A program made the position numbers and the translations under genes. Below the pieces are notes generated by a model. The model saw only the letters and a program-made list of their open reading frames with translations, had not been told where the DNA came from and made no database searches. From Nitrososphaeraceae archaeon (GTDB taxonomy: Archaea; Thermoproteota; Nitrososphaeria; Nitrososphaerales; Nitrososphaeraceae), in the NCBI GenBank assembly GCA_035297365.1, contig DATGZA010000014.1, forward strand, positions 210,959-274,958: 64,000 nucleotides of DNA, given 5' to 3'. Positions 53,047 through 64,000 of this stretch are shown here, piece by piece (positions within the stretch are counted from its first letter, which is position 1; each line of letters starts with the position of its first letter).

Positions 53047-53607
53047 TTTTTTTATTTTTAATTTCTATGATGATATGCGTAAAAAACAACTTAAATTTTA
53101 TATATTTTTGAAATGAAGATAAAAATACTTTTGTTACATTTCTATCAGAAAGTAACCGTTAGATTTTTTATTTCCTTGCACACAAATTCTTTTGTCATAA
53201 TCAATAATGGCCAACAGGTTCTTGATAAATAAATCCAATTTGAAGAAAAGTCGCCCTAACTTTTTAATATAAAATCAATTTAAGTGATTTCCAATTTTTT
53301 ATTAATGATAAATTCGAGGGAACACAAATAATTTATTAAGAAATGGGAACAGGTTCAGAATTTTTACATTAGAATTTGGCTTTATATTCCAATCTTTTTT
53401 AGGTAGTGTATGAAAATTTACGATTTTACTTGTCATGGTATTGATATACGCGAATAATTGATCTCCGACTTATCTTTCTTTTGCATGAGGGTTAACATGG
53501 CTTTAATTAATCGATTTTTGTGATGTCTGGAATGTTGTTGAGTTGAGATTCAATTAATTTTGAGAATTGAATTAACCGTCTTTGTCTTTTTCTTCATATT
53601 TGGAATT

Positions 53608-53913
53608 TTTGTTTATATCTCCTGTTTTTTTAGCCATTTTTCGATCAAACACCAATTAAAAACCGTATATATATACCAAAAGATCTACCCTTCTATCACC
53701 TTACCGTTGGTCCAAGCAGATTTAGAAATATAGGTTGACATATACTCTAACTTTTTTTACAACATTTCGCAGTCTGATATAATAGCGAAAAAATGCAATT
53801 ATTTTAGACTTTTGTAAATTGTTTTACCTTATTTAAGGTGATAGTAAAACAACAAAAGTTAGTAATACCAGGATTTTTTATATTTTGACCTACTTAACTC
53901 TTATAATATCCTG
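53608..53913. repeat. Diverged dispersed repeat, copy B (paralogous to 431-755)
   Basis: Same colinear blocks as copy A at 431-755. Confidence 0.7.
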
Positions 53914-54329
53914 ACGTTTGCAGTATAGCTTCCGTAGTTCATTGTAGTAGAGTCTTATGACATCTCATCACGTGGTCTACCAAAACTAGATGTCTCTGAT
54001 ACATGTTTGTAATACAAAGGATAATTGGAATCTAGCATGTCTGTACATCCTATGTGTATTGTTAACTAATGTGTATAATATTTCTTTAAAAAATTTGATT
54101 CTGTTCCTAAAAATACTTCCATGTAGAAATCCATATACTATTATGGTTAACATCGGAGATTTTAACCGTTGTAATTAGAGAAGATATTATTGTAATTTAC
54201 TTTCCGTCTCATAAAACCAGATCTTTGGTGTAAAAATTAGTAAAAAACAATAAATGCTTAGCTTGTTTGTGCCTGATGACTATTTTACGAACCTATGTTT
54301 TGTTTATATCTGTAAATTTCATAAATTAT

Positions 54330-54645
54330 AGCCGGGCTTTCTTTGTGGTACAATACTAATCTTGTTAAAAACTATTCTAGAGGGATTTACAGACCGAGAT
54401 GACGATAGACGCCACGATGATAACCATCACCATACCATTTTTCTAACTTTTTACTTCATTTGTTATCTTGTTTACAAAAAGCCTAGTTTAACCGCCAGCT
54501 ATCTGAACCCCCATTTAAAATGTGGTCACCGACATTTGGACTCCAGCCTTGTTTTAACTTTAAGATCTTAGGTTGCTGGCTTGCTTCTCATTATTTCTTG
54601 TGTATAGGAGACCAGCACTAACGAAGTTTGAATCTTGGTCTCAAC
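54330..54645 (-). ncRNA. Candidate structured RNA of unknown class
   Basis: GC-enriched intergenic tract with several helices, some needing G-U pairs on the minus strand. Confidence 0.3.
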
Positions 54646-54659
54646 CTTTCAATTCTATT

Positions 54660-55970
54660 CTAATCATTAACCTGTAAGGAATAATGTTTGCCAGTCAATT
54701 CAAGTAGACATTTTTCTATGGGTTTCCTTAAATCTTGTATTTCTTTCTTATTTTTTTCTAAATCAGTTTGTAATTCTCTTTGCGAAGTCTCTTTCGACAA
54801 TAACTCTTGGGAAAGATAAGATTTTTTTTCCTTCAACTCTCTTAAGTTTGAAAAAATAGATAAATCAGGGTTGTTCTGTAATGCATGTAATTTTTTATCC
54901 AAATTTACTTCACGATTCTTAAATTCAGCTAATGAATCCAGTATGTTGTCAATATAAGAGAGTATTTTATCAGAATCTTTAACGTTAATTTTTCTCTTTA
55001 CCATTGAAGTCTTTACATCTTTAATCAGATCACCATAGCTCGCGATGTCTTGAGAAAATATCTCCCAAGGTTTTTCCGTCATTACTTGGATTTTATGAAT
55101 TACTGATTTATTCATACCGTAGGAATATTTGTTAAATGCTCTACTGACCTTGCTGAAGCTATTAACTAGTTCCCTATGGAATTCTTTTTTCTCTTTCTCG
55201 ACTAATGTCTGCATTTGTTTTGTTTGTTGTGCATTATGATATTTTTCTGAGTCTAGGATCGAATTTATTTCAGATTCAACTTTTTTTATGTTTGATCTCA
55301 AATCGTCAATACTATGTTGCTTATCTCCTAGCAACGACTCCATGGAGCGTATCATTTCTTTTTTATCTGCAATGACATTTAATCCATCCAAAGATGAATT
55401 CAAAAAATTTAACTGGTCTTCATAGAGATAAATTTCTCTCTTGCACTCATGCGAGACGCTTGAAATATTCTTAAACTCATTTTCCAGTCTTTCTGCATAC
55501 TTTCTAATGAAGAAATTGAAAACTTTCTTATGAGAAGAACTTAACTCAGAAAACCTATGGACCATAGAATCGAGATGCTGATGAAATTCCTTAATATCTT
55601 GGAAAGATTTAGGAACCTCAGGAAATGATGATATTTCTTTTTTTATAGACGAAATAACCATTCTTTTCGCATTAATAAGGAGTGATTCAAAACTACGTTC
55701 TTCCACATCTATTTTGGCTACTTCTAGATCTAGGGCAATATTTTCTATATTGTTCATATGTTGTAGCGACTCATGATAGAGTGGTTCGATTTTACGTGAT
55801 AATTGCTTTACTTTCTCACCTATGTATCTTTGGAGAATATCTTTAGTATCAAATGAGTTAATCTGAAGATGTTCATTTGAATGATCTACAAACTCGTTTA
55901 CATTATATGAGTCTCTTTCTTTTTTATAGAGATTGGATTTTTTCTTAAGAAAATCAAAAAAAGGGGTCAA
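54660..55970 (-). CDS. Coiled-coil protein (SbcC/SMC-like coiled coil, no ATPase motif)
   Basis: ~436 aa, heptad-rich in K/E/L; no Walker A seen. Confidence 0.75.
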   Translation of the reverse strand: MTPFFDFLKKKSNLYKKERDSYNVNEFVDHSNEHLQINSFDTKDILQRYIGEKVKQLSRKIEPLYHESLQHMNNIENIALDLEVAKIDVEERSFESLLINAKRMVISSIKKEISSFPEVPKSFQDIKEFHQHLDSMVHRFSELSSSHKKVFNFFIRKYAERLENEFKNISSVSHECKREIYLYEDQLNFLNSSLDGLNVIADKKEMIRSMESLLGDKQHSIDDLRSNIKKVESEINSILDSEKYHNAQQTKQMQTLVEKEKKEFHRELVNSFSKVSRAFNKYSYGMNKSVIHKIQVMTEKPWEIFSQDIASYGDLIKDVKTSMVKRKINVKDSDKILSYIDNILDSLAEFKNREVNLDKKLHALQNNPDLSIFSNLRELKEKKSYLSQELLSKETSQRELQTDLEKNKKEIQDLRKPIEKCLLELTGKHYSLQVND

Positions 55971-56124
55971 TAAATATAATAATAGTAACGACAACAAAAA
56001 TCTTTTTATTTATCTCGTGTACGAAAATTGAAAATGAATCATAGCATCTAGAGTCCTCTTAAAAAAATGAAAAGAAATAAAGTAATTTGCATTACGTTTA
56101 TAGGATAATTAAAATGCCTGAATC

Positions 56125-56721
56125 TTGTTTATGACTAATAAAAAAGGTGAGTCCTCAAAAAATGGCATCATTTTTATATACATATCGTTATCTATTTTAG
56201 CAGCCATAACAATTAGCGAAGTTTTCTCACGTGAAATTAATCAATACTATTATCATGCACTTATATGGATTGGAAGTTTTTTGGTCTTTTTTTTGTTTTT
56301 TAGAAATAGAATAATAGATTCCGTTAAAATCATTAAATCTAGGATAAAAAAGAGTACCGGGTGGCCATTAGGCGTCAAAATCATAAATGGAATATGCTGG
56401 GCCGGTCCGTTTTTCTTTATAATATTTATGCCCAGTATTCATGAATATTTAATATTGTTGGGAATTGGATTGGGAAATATTTCTACTGCTTTAATATTTT
56501 TGAAGTACAACAGACTCAAAAACGTGGATCAAATGATTGTTGGACAGATTTGTTTAATATCTATGATAATAATAGCGGTACTGTATCAATATAATATAGT
56601 AGAAAAAGTACACGGCGAATTTTTAGCAAGGATATTGATATCCTTAGCTTACGGAATTGGAGGAATATATAGTCTATTGTCTAATAGCCAAGATACATAT
56701 TCAAAGGATGTACAGATTTGA
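56125..56721 (+). CDS. Multi-pass membrane protein
   Basis: About six hydrophobic helices. Confidence 0.7.
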   Translation: MFMTNKKGESSKNGIIFIYISLSILAAITISEVFSREINQYYYHALIWIGSFLVFFLFFRNRIIDSVKIIKSRIKKSTGWPLGVKIINGICWAGPFFFIIFMPSIHEYLILLGIGLGNISTALIFLKYNRLKNVDQMIVGQICLISMIIIAVLYQYNIVEKVHGEFLARILISLAYGIGGIYSLLSNSQDTYSKDVQI

Positions 56722-57462
56722 AAAAATCAGTGATATTGGTCATTTAGTTTGAATTATTATTTAGTATGACAGCATTATATCTATAACAAAGAATTGTATC
56801 CAGTTATATACATGAAATAGACTGAATTCAATTTGTCTACATGGATAATAATCATCTAAAAATTATTTTCTGCCTTTCAAATAATGGTATATCCGTTTCA
56901 TCAAATTTTTTTTCAAATTAAGAAGGTGGATAGTGTCTTAATCCAATCACATTACATATTTCATCATACCATGCACGACCATCTATGTAAACGGTATACT
57001 TTAGATATATTAATCGGCCGGGTCGTTTGAGTTACAAATCTGGTATTAATCTAAATTATTACACATATGTATGATATAATTAGTAGCGATGAATTATAAT
57101 TATAATTAAATTTATTGGTGTCGCTGGAATTTCAACACTTCTATAAAGTGAGACCAGTTAATTTAAAAAACTTTTGAAATACAATATTTCAGACCAAGAC
57201 TTACAAATACAGAATTAAATGCAATATAAAAAAGGAACGAATAATTTTCCATCGATTACAACTAGTATTATTTTTAAAACACGGATTCATTAATGATAAG
57301 AATTTATTTTACTTAGCTGTGCTAATCCCCAGATCCTTAATAATAATTTAGAGAAAAATGACAACCAGATAAATCATGATTCTAAGTATATAAACTCGAT
57401 GCTTGCCTCCTCATGTAAGAGAAATAACACTTATAAAAATAATCAAATAGATAACTGTGAGG

Positions 57463-57537
57463 GGGCCGGTGGTCTAGCCTGGTTAGGATACCGCCTTGAC
57501 ATGGCGGGGATCACGTGTTCGAATCACGTCCGGCCCA
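57463..57537 (+). tRNA. tRNA-Val(GAC)
   Basis: Acceptor GGGCCGG/CCGGCCC, anticodon arm CCGCC-TTGACAT-GGCGG, T arm CACGTG-TTCGAAT-CACGT; ttataaaa TATA at 57431; no encoded CCA. Confidence 0.97.
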
Positions 57538-57842
57538 TTATAAATTTCATAATTTTCGCTATTATATTGAAGATTTTTAAAAGAATTGATTGGAAAATCA
57601 TCAATTATATTGTAGACTGATTTAGTCAAATTATTATGCTCGCTACTATAGTTAGTAACATTCTTACAACATTCTGTAACAACTGGATAAGTGATCAATC
57701 CGCTTTGTATTAATACTGGTAGCTCAAACTTTTTAAAATTTTCAATTTTTTTCCTTACACCTGATTTAATTTTTCGTTCATATCCTTTAGATACTTTAGT
57801 ATTTCCAAGTAGCCATTCTCTTTCAGTTTGTGATAGAAGCAT
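57483..57842 (-). CDS. Small basic protein whose 3' end runs antisense through tRNA-Val
   Basis: MLLSQTEREWLLGNTKVSKGYERKIKSGVRKKI...; last ~18 codons are tRNA antisense. Confidence 0.55.
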   Translation of the reverse strand: MLLSQTEREWLLGNTKVSKGYERKIKSGVRKKIENFKKFELPVLIQSGLITYPVVTECCKNVTNYSSEHNNLTKSVYNIIDDFPINSFKNLQYNSENYEIYNGPDVIRTRDPRHVKAVS

Positions 57843-58097
57843 AGTTAATAATAGTTGTATCTAATCATTATTTACCTTTTTCTTTTAACATAAAAGGTAA
57901 TTTAGCAAAAATGACAAAGTGCTTTTTTTGTGAAAGATATCTGCAACTCATTTAAGAAATAATGAGGTTCAATCTGAGGTAATAGATCTACAGGGAAGGA
58001 TTCCCAAATCGATTTTCTTAAGGAATTATTTTAAACCTGACATTAATAGCGAAGTGATTAGAGAATGTATTGAGTCCTTGTATCTGAAAATCATAAA

Positions 58098-58442
58098 TTA
58101 AAAAAACGATAAGACAGATTGAGAGAAAAATGTGAAGAGAGGATGAGCTTCAGACCATCTCGCATAATGATTTACACTAGCTCCTATTGAACCGAGCCTT
58201 GCTAAAATTCCACAAGTTGCAATAAGAAAATGTTTGTAAAACATGAGTCTTTCATAGCCATGTCCTCTACTTTGATATCTTGCAAAATTTTTCTCAACTG
58301 CTTCTTGTATAGGATTTCTAATTGATGGAGATTTACATTCTATAATTACAAGAGGAATACCATTTACAAAAATTACTATGTCTGGATAAATTGGTTCATT
58401 TAAACCTTCTAGTTGGAATATCTTGTTTTGTCTTCTTTGCAA
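58098..58442 (-). pseudogene. hsdR: Type I restriction enzyme HsdR N-terminal fragment
   Basis: PDIVIFVNGIPLVIIECKSP motif; no helicase domains follow. Confidence 0.8.
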
Positions 58443-58749
58443 GAGTTTTTAAAAATCTGGAGTACAACATAATCATAAGCTAATTCTATAATTTAGTTTA
58501 GGTACCTATCTATCATGTTATGTTAAAATTGGTATAAATTGAGTTAAAGTAGATGAATCGATATCTTAAACATAGACAAATTTAATTATTTATCAATTTT
58601 TAACTCTAAAATACAAAATATATTGGTTCATTTCTCATAAAACGAATTTAGTATTCAAGGAGGTACTTGGTATTAAATTTACTATAAATCTAAAACATAT
58701 GTAATAATACAGCCTTTTATACGCGTCTGTCTTAATTTTTTATATCAAT

Positions 58750-59067
58750 TTGTCTACAGATTCTGGGAAAGATAAAGGTAAAGGAGGATGGCACGAATAT
58801 AATAAAGAAATATTTATTGGAAAGAAACCTTTGATGGTATATGTTACATCAACATTAATTCAATTAGCAAATCAGCCAACAGTCACCATTAAGGCAAGAG
58901 GATTAAGCATTGGCAGAGCAGTTGATGTTTCACAAATAATTTTGAGACGGATGGAGAAGATAGGCTACGCTATTGGTGATGTAAAAATAGGTTCCGAGAC
59001 CGTTCAATCAGAAGATGGCGGAACAAGAAATGTTTCTACGATAGAAATAGAAATAAAAAGAGTATAA
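58750..59067 (+). CDS. albA: Chromatin protein Alba
   Basis: IFIGKKPLMVYV, IKARGLSIGRAVDV, IGSE, NVSTIEI. Confidence 0.95.
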   Translation: MSTDSGKDKGKGGWHEYNKEIFIGKKPLMVYVTSTLIQLANQPTVTIKARGLSIGRAVDVSQIILRRMEKIGYAIGDVKIGSETVQSEDGGTRNVSTIEIEIKRV

Positions 59068-59116
59068 TTTAGTTTGTTTAATAAATTAAAAAATTAAGAC
59101 ATTGAACAACAATAGC

Positions 59117-59471
59117 GTTATATTTAATTTGTTTATTCTTCTTCAAATTCTGCTATAATCAGCAATTGATGGTAACGTATTTGCAGCATGTTCTCGTACT
59201 ACTCCTTCAGTCTGTATATATGGTAAATGAAAGTATGCTCTCATGTATGCCAATACCTTGATAAATGAATCTGGATATACAAATTTCCTGCCTTTTTACA
59301 TTCATTCATCTTTTCGAATTCAGTATCCCAGTTATCTATAACGTCAAAACCAAATAATACCTCGCCACGTTTAACAAGAGATTCATTGTACTTCTTCCAG
59401 TTCACATGTGTATCATGACTAGGATATAGCTTAGCTAAATGTGTTAGGAATAGTAAGTTAGGCAACAAAGC
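59117..59471 (-). mobile_element. Decayed IS5-family (IS903-group-like) element: left end + truncated transposase
   Basis: NWKKYNESLVKRGE, frameshift, YPDSFI..LPY.QTEG...DYS.I*RR; left end GCTTTGTTG at 59471-59463 resembles the IS903 terminal repeat. Confidence 0.8.
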
Positions 59472-59503
59472 ATTTATTATTCTTAAAAGTGGTACTAAAT
59501 AAT

Positions 59504-59890
59504 ATGTCTAATGGTACTAGTCCAAAAAGTTCTTCTAAAAAGCCTACTAAAAATATCACAACAGCGAAGGAAGTAAAAGAAACAAAATCAGTTCCTATAA
59601 CCGTACAATTAAACATACTTAAAGTTCTGCTAAATGAACGTCCTCTTATTCCATTATTGAGAATACTAAAGAAGAACAAAGAGTTGCACACAAGAGAATT
59701 ACTTAGCACTATAGGAAGTTGGGGATATGGACAATCCTTAATGAAAAGAGCAACATATTTAGGTTTGATTGAAAGAAAAGTAAAGAAAGAAAAATCTCCT
59801 GGGCGAGGGAAACCAAGGATTTATAATTCTTTAACAAATAAGGGTAGAGAAGTAGTAGGATTAGCTGATAAAGTAGGATACGCAAAGTAA
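59504..59890 (+). CDS. Winged-helix DNA-binding protein
   Basis: ELHTRELL...LGLIER...GRGKPRIYNSLTNKG. Confidence 0.7.
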   Translation: MSNGTSPKSSSKKPTKNITTAKEVKETKSVPITVQLNILKVLLNERPLIPLLRILKKNKELHTRELLSTIGSWGYGQSLMKRATYLGLIERKVKKEKSPGRGKPRIYNSLTNKGREVVGLADKVGYAK

Positions 59891-60362
59891 TTTTTGGAAA
59901 AAACCTCTTATCTAGTATAAGATTACTAGTATTTGAACAAACTTTAGCCAAAAGTAGATAAGAATTTTTGTTGTCTGATAGTAACTAATAGTATCGAAGT
60001 TACTTCAACTATTAATCACTTTAACCCTACTATCCAGAAGATTCCCCCTCCTACTGCTATTTCAATTTATAGGTCAACACTACAAATAATATTTTGTGAT
60101 ATATGTTTATAATTAAAAGAATGATTAAGATTAAAAATTTATGGCTTAGTCAAATCCTATGCCACTATATTCATAGTACCATCATTTCATATATCAAAAT
60201 CTTATCTGCAACAATTACTGCTGATTTTTATTGAGTGTTAAGACATGACCTTTTCTTAAATATTTTTTATATTTGCAAATAATATTTAGAATATTTTACT
60301 ATAATTATCTTACCTTTTATTGTTATATTATACTAATATAACTAAATCACCTATCTAATAAT

Positions 60363-60632
60363 ATGAAATATAGAAGTAGAACAGAATTAGTAAGTAATAT
60401 ACTGGATGCTGCAAATGGAGGAGCAACCAAGACAAAAATTATGTATAATGCTTTTCTAAGTTATAATCAGTTAAAGGAATACCTTTCTGTCTCAATAGAA
60501 AACAACCTAATAGAATATCTTGAAGGAACTAAAACATTCAAGACTACAGAAAAAGGATTAAATTTACTAAAAATGCAAAACGAAATGACAGAATTATTAC
60601 AAATTACAATCGGAAATGACAAATTAATTTAA
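60363..60632 (+). CDS. Small winged-helix regulator (DUF4364/HTH_45-like)
   Basis: YRSRTEL, GATKTKIMYNAFLSYNQLKEYL, FKTTEKG. Confidence 0.88.
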   Translation: MKYRSRTELVSNILDAANGGATKTKIMYNAFLSYNQLKEYLSVSIENNLIEYLEGTKTFKTTEKGLNLLKMQNEMTELLQITIGNDKLI

Positions 60633-61156
60633 TCTTTTTCGATATACTAACATACACAATATTTTTTTTATAGTAATTCTATATTAATATCTAGTTTAAA
60701 GACAATGAAAAGTTAATCCTTAATTATCTGTGATACTACAACGTTAGCCTTTTATTATATAATCACTATAGGAAATATTGCATTAACTACTATCGCAAAA
60801 TACTAAAAATACTCTGTCGTCTTGACGAAGCTATGGTACTATTATATAATTTTAGGAGTAGATTAGTACCAAATTTGTTATTCATCCGACCCGACCAAGT
60901 CTAATATAAACGAACTGAGCTATTTGGGTTGTTACTATAGATATATTACTATATTTCGTGAAATCATATAACAAGTAAAGAGTAAACTAAAATATTGAGA
61001 TGCATCTATAATGTAGTGGAACCTCATGGTTTTCAAGATATCCATTGCATCACTTGACTACTCAATTATTTGATATATCTAAGTTGAAAAAGCTCCTATA
61101 CGTGTAAATGGCAACGTTGTGAAAAGAACTAAACATTAGAATCTCGAATATTATTT

Positions 61157-62656
61157 TTATTTTATTGTCCCTAAATCTACATATGAAATGACATTAGATT
61201 CAGAATCTGTGACATAAAAAGTATCTGAATTGATTGTTATAGAGTTATTATTTTTTCCTGGGAAATAACTACCCAACATTTCAATTTCCAAGGGCTGAAT
61301 TTCAGGATTGGGTTTAGTATAATTACTTATAACGTAAATGGATTTACTACAGTCATGGCTAGCATAAACCTTGTTATCAATGAGATATAAATCACTTGGA
61401 CAATATTGACCTAGACTTACTTCCTCTTTTCCAATTTCTTCTCCAGTACTAGAATCAATGACTGTCAATTTAGGCGAATCATCATAAGCTACAAAGATTT
61501 CTTTTTTGTCTGGATTTGTTACTACAATACGTGGAAATTGGTCAACTACTATTTTTTCCAATTCGGTGTATGTACTTCCATCAATTACGGATAAAGTGTC
61601 ATCTCCATGATTGGCTACATATATTTTATTTGTCTCAGGATTTACAGCGATACTGATTGGATTTTTACCGACAGTTACATTCTCTGCTACTGTATCCTTA
61701 TTTCCATCAATCACAGATAAAGTGTCATCTCCATGATTGGCTACATATATTTTATTTGTCTCAGGATTTACGGCGATACTAATCGGATTCTTACCCACGG
61801 TTACTTTATTTGCTACTGTATCTGTACGTCCATCAATAATGGATACAGCATCCTGATCTTGTGTTACATATATCTTGTTAGTTTTTGAATTAACAGATAT
61901 TGCTTTAGGATGTTTACCCACTGGGATATTTTCCTGGATTACTTTATTGTTTTCACCATCAATGACTGATACAGAATCTGATCCATAATTGCTCACGTAA
62001 ATTTTAGACGTGTTTGTATTTCTGTCTATATCAATGGGTTCTCTGCCTACTTGTATATAATTTGACTGATTGTCAAAAGGTATAGGTTTCAAACTAACTA
62101 TGCCACCAGCACTACCTGAAGAAGAGATGTAGATAGAATTGGTTATATCGTTTATAGCTAGATCAATAGGAGAAGATCCTACTTTTACAGTTCTTATTAC
62201 CTTATCTGTATTTGCATCAATAATAGATATAGAATTAGAATATTTATTAGCTACATAGATTTGATTTCTTTCTTTGTCTATGTTTATATGTGTAGGTTTG
62301 TTACCTACAATTATGTCTTTTATTTTATTTTTTTTGCCATCAAGTACAGATACTAGATCATTATATGGCTGGGTTACATAGATTTTACCATTTTTGGAGT
62401 CAACCACTATTCCTAGAGGATTTTGTCCTATATTTGTTATAGTTTTTATTACTTTATCTGTTTCTCCATCAATTAATGACACAACACCTCTACCTAGATG
62501 ACTAACATATACCTTGTTCGTGTCTAGATCTAGAGCTACATCATATGGAGTAGCATATGGAAGTTTTATAGTTTTAACTGTAGGACTAGTATAAAAATTA
62601 AAAAATTGAAATAGCCAACTCTCTTTACATTCTATAATTGATAAACTGCCTGGCAC
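61157..62656 (-). CDS. YncE/YVTN beta-propeller repeat protein (no intact signal peptide)
   Basis: Multiple 42-aa repeats, e.g. VGKNPISIAVNPETNKIYVANHGDDTLSVIDG. Confidence 0.85.
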   Translation of the reverse strand: MPGSLSIIECKESWLFQFFNFYTSPTVKTIKLPYATPYDVALDLDTNKVYVSHLGRGVVSLIDGETDKVIKTITNIGQNPLGIVVDSKNGKIYVTQPYNDLVSVLDGKKNKIKDIIVGNKPTHINIDKERNQIYVANKYSNSISIIDANTDKVIRTVKVGSSPIDLAINDITNSIYISSSGSAGGIVSLKPIPFDNQSNYIQVGREPIDIDRNTNTSKIYVSNYGSDSVSVIDGENNKVIQENIPVGKHPKAISVNSKTNKIYVTQDQDAVSIIDGRTDTVANKVTVGKNPISIAVNPETNKIYVANHGDDTLSVIDGNKDTVAENVTVGKNPISIAVNPETNKIYVANHGDDTLSVIDGSTYTELEKIVVDQFPRIVVTNPDKKEIFVAYDDSPKLTVIDSSTGEEIGKEEVSLGQYCPSDLYLIDNKVYASHDCSKSIYVISNYTKPNPEIQPLEIEMLGSYFPGKNNNSITINSDTFYVTDSESNVISYVDLGTIK

Positions 62657-62980
62657 ATTCTATTTAAATATTTCGGTCACAAAAGTCCTTAGGGAAAAAG
62701 ATTTGGAAAGAATATCACAGAAAATAAGATAGATACTCCCTGGCTTTCGTAAATTCAAGACACAAAAAGAATACATTATGAAATCTATTAATATAATGAC
62801 TATCGTTATCATATAATTTTTCAGTATTTGAAAAATACAATTATAAAATTATAATTTTATTACTCTAGTGATACAGTCTGATAATTTCATTTTATACTTA
62901 AACATTAGTTGCTATTCTTTTTATAATCAAAAATTTCTCTTATCGATTTGATAAATTCGAGTAAAACATATGACATCTTA

Positions 62981-64000
62981 ATGAATAGGTTTGACGGTAT
63001 GGCAATAATTGATGAGAAGCTTTATGTTCCTTCAGCTTTTCCACAAGTAATTGAAATAATTGATCCTATTAACAATAATTTACACTACATTAAACTTGAT
63101 AGTCAAATAATGTATATTGCATTTAACAATATTACAGGTTCGATGTATACAGTTGATACGCCTAGGGAAAAAGTTAATGAATATAAGATTGACGACGGTA
63201 GTTCTACAGGTGCTCTTATAAATTCCATAGTATTGGATAATATGTCTAAGAATGATATTGAAATAAACAATAATAACAACCTCCTCTATGTTGCCAACTC
63301 TGGTAACAACACGGTTTCTGTCATCAACTCTACAGACAACTCTGTTATTGATACAATCAAAGTAGGTCAAAACCCAAAAGAATTAGCTCTTAACCCAAAT
63401 GATAATCTTCTCTATGTTGCCAACTCTGGTAACAACACGGTTTCTGTCATCAACTCTACAGACAACTCTGTTATTGATAGAATCGTAGTGGGCGCAAACC
63501 CAACAGAATTAGCTCTTAACCCTGCTAACAATCTCCTCTATGTTGCCAACTCTGGTAACAACACGGTTTCTGTAATAAATACTACTAATAATTCACTTAT
63601 AAAAACTTGGGTTACCTATACAAGAGTAATAGATATTTTATCCAACCCACTAAATAATCATGTTTATACACTAACTTCACATAAAGTAGGAGAAACGATC
63701 TCTGTCAGAAATTCAACTGATGGTTCAGCGTTAGAAAAAATTCAATTGAATGATCCTTATAACGCATTATTTAACCAGAATAACAAATTGCTATATGTCA
63801 TTAGTAAAGAACATAACATTACCTTCGTTATCAACTCTACAAATAACTCCATCATAGACACAATTATAGTGGGCAAAGCCCCAATAGAATTAGCTCTTAA
63901 CTCAAATAACAATCTCCTCTACGTTGCTAATTATGGAGAGGAAACTATATCTGTCATCAACTCTACAGACAATTCTATTGCAGACACTATCAAAGTAGGT
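62981..64000 (+). CDS. YncE/YVTN beta-propeller repeat protein, runs off the window end
   Basis: Open frame from ATG 62981 to 64000; LLYVANSGNNTVSVINST repeats with a 126-bp period. Confidence 0.85.
   Translation, partial: MNRFDGMAIIDEKLYVPSAFPQVIEIIDPINNNLHYIKLDSQIMYIAFNNITGSMYTVDTPREKVNEYKIDDGSSTGALINSIVLDNMSKNDIEINNNNNLLYVANSGNNTVSVINSTDNSVIDTIKVGQNPKELALNPNDNLLYVANSGNNTVSVINSTDNSVIDRIVVGANPTELALNPANNLLYVANSGNNTVSVINTTNNSLIKTWVTYTRVIDILSNPLNNHVYTLTSHKVGETISVRNSTDGSALEKIQLNDPYNALFNQNNKLLYVISKEHNITFVINSTNNSIIDTIIVGKAPIELALNSNNNLLYVANYGEETISVINSTDNSIADTIKVG

Noticed and set aside
54320-54620. RNase P RNA, SRP RNA or cobalamin riboswitch
   Set aside because: Only isolated look-alike words (AGAAAGCCCGGCTA, AGGAGACCAGC); the matching P4 half, SRP helix 8 and B12 box are absent
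57399-57620. 73-aa ORF on the plus strand
   Set aside because: It spans tRNA-Val on the same strand; spurious

Overview
AT-rich archaeal chromosomal DNA. The gene content (DnaJ-ferredoxin, Alba, multiple P-II, plastocyanin-like, YVTN propellers, UT + urease) points to a soil ammonia-oxidising archaeon of the Nitrososphaeraceae, probably Nitrosocosmicus-like; this is inferred from protein families, not from a database search. The core is a ~13 kb urea/nickel locus: an ABC metal importer with a NikR-type operator over its TATA box, nikR, a urea transporter, ureABC, a divergent group II chaperonin plus an unknown gene inside the operon, and ureEFGD. The best candidate for an undescribed system is at 10.7-12.8 kb: a secreted His/Cys protein, a His-rich 4-TM protein and a winged-helix regulator, plus a ~77-nt structured non-coding RNA candidate. 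Its three promoter-like regions carry the same TGTACYATAA box just upstream of a TATA-like element. The window also has an mpgP-GH38 operon, HtrA with a near-identical internal duplication, tRNA-Val(GAC) with island remnants (HsdR fragment, IS5 remnant), an IS481 remnant, several unannotated microproteins and pseudogenes, and a second structured-RNA candidate at ~54.3-54.65 kb. No CRISPR array, rRNA, integrase or reverse transcriptase was seen.
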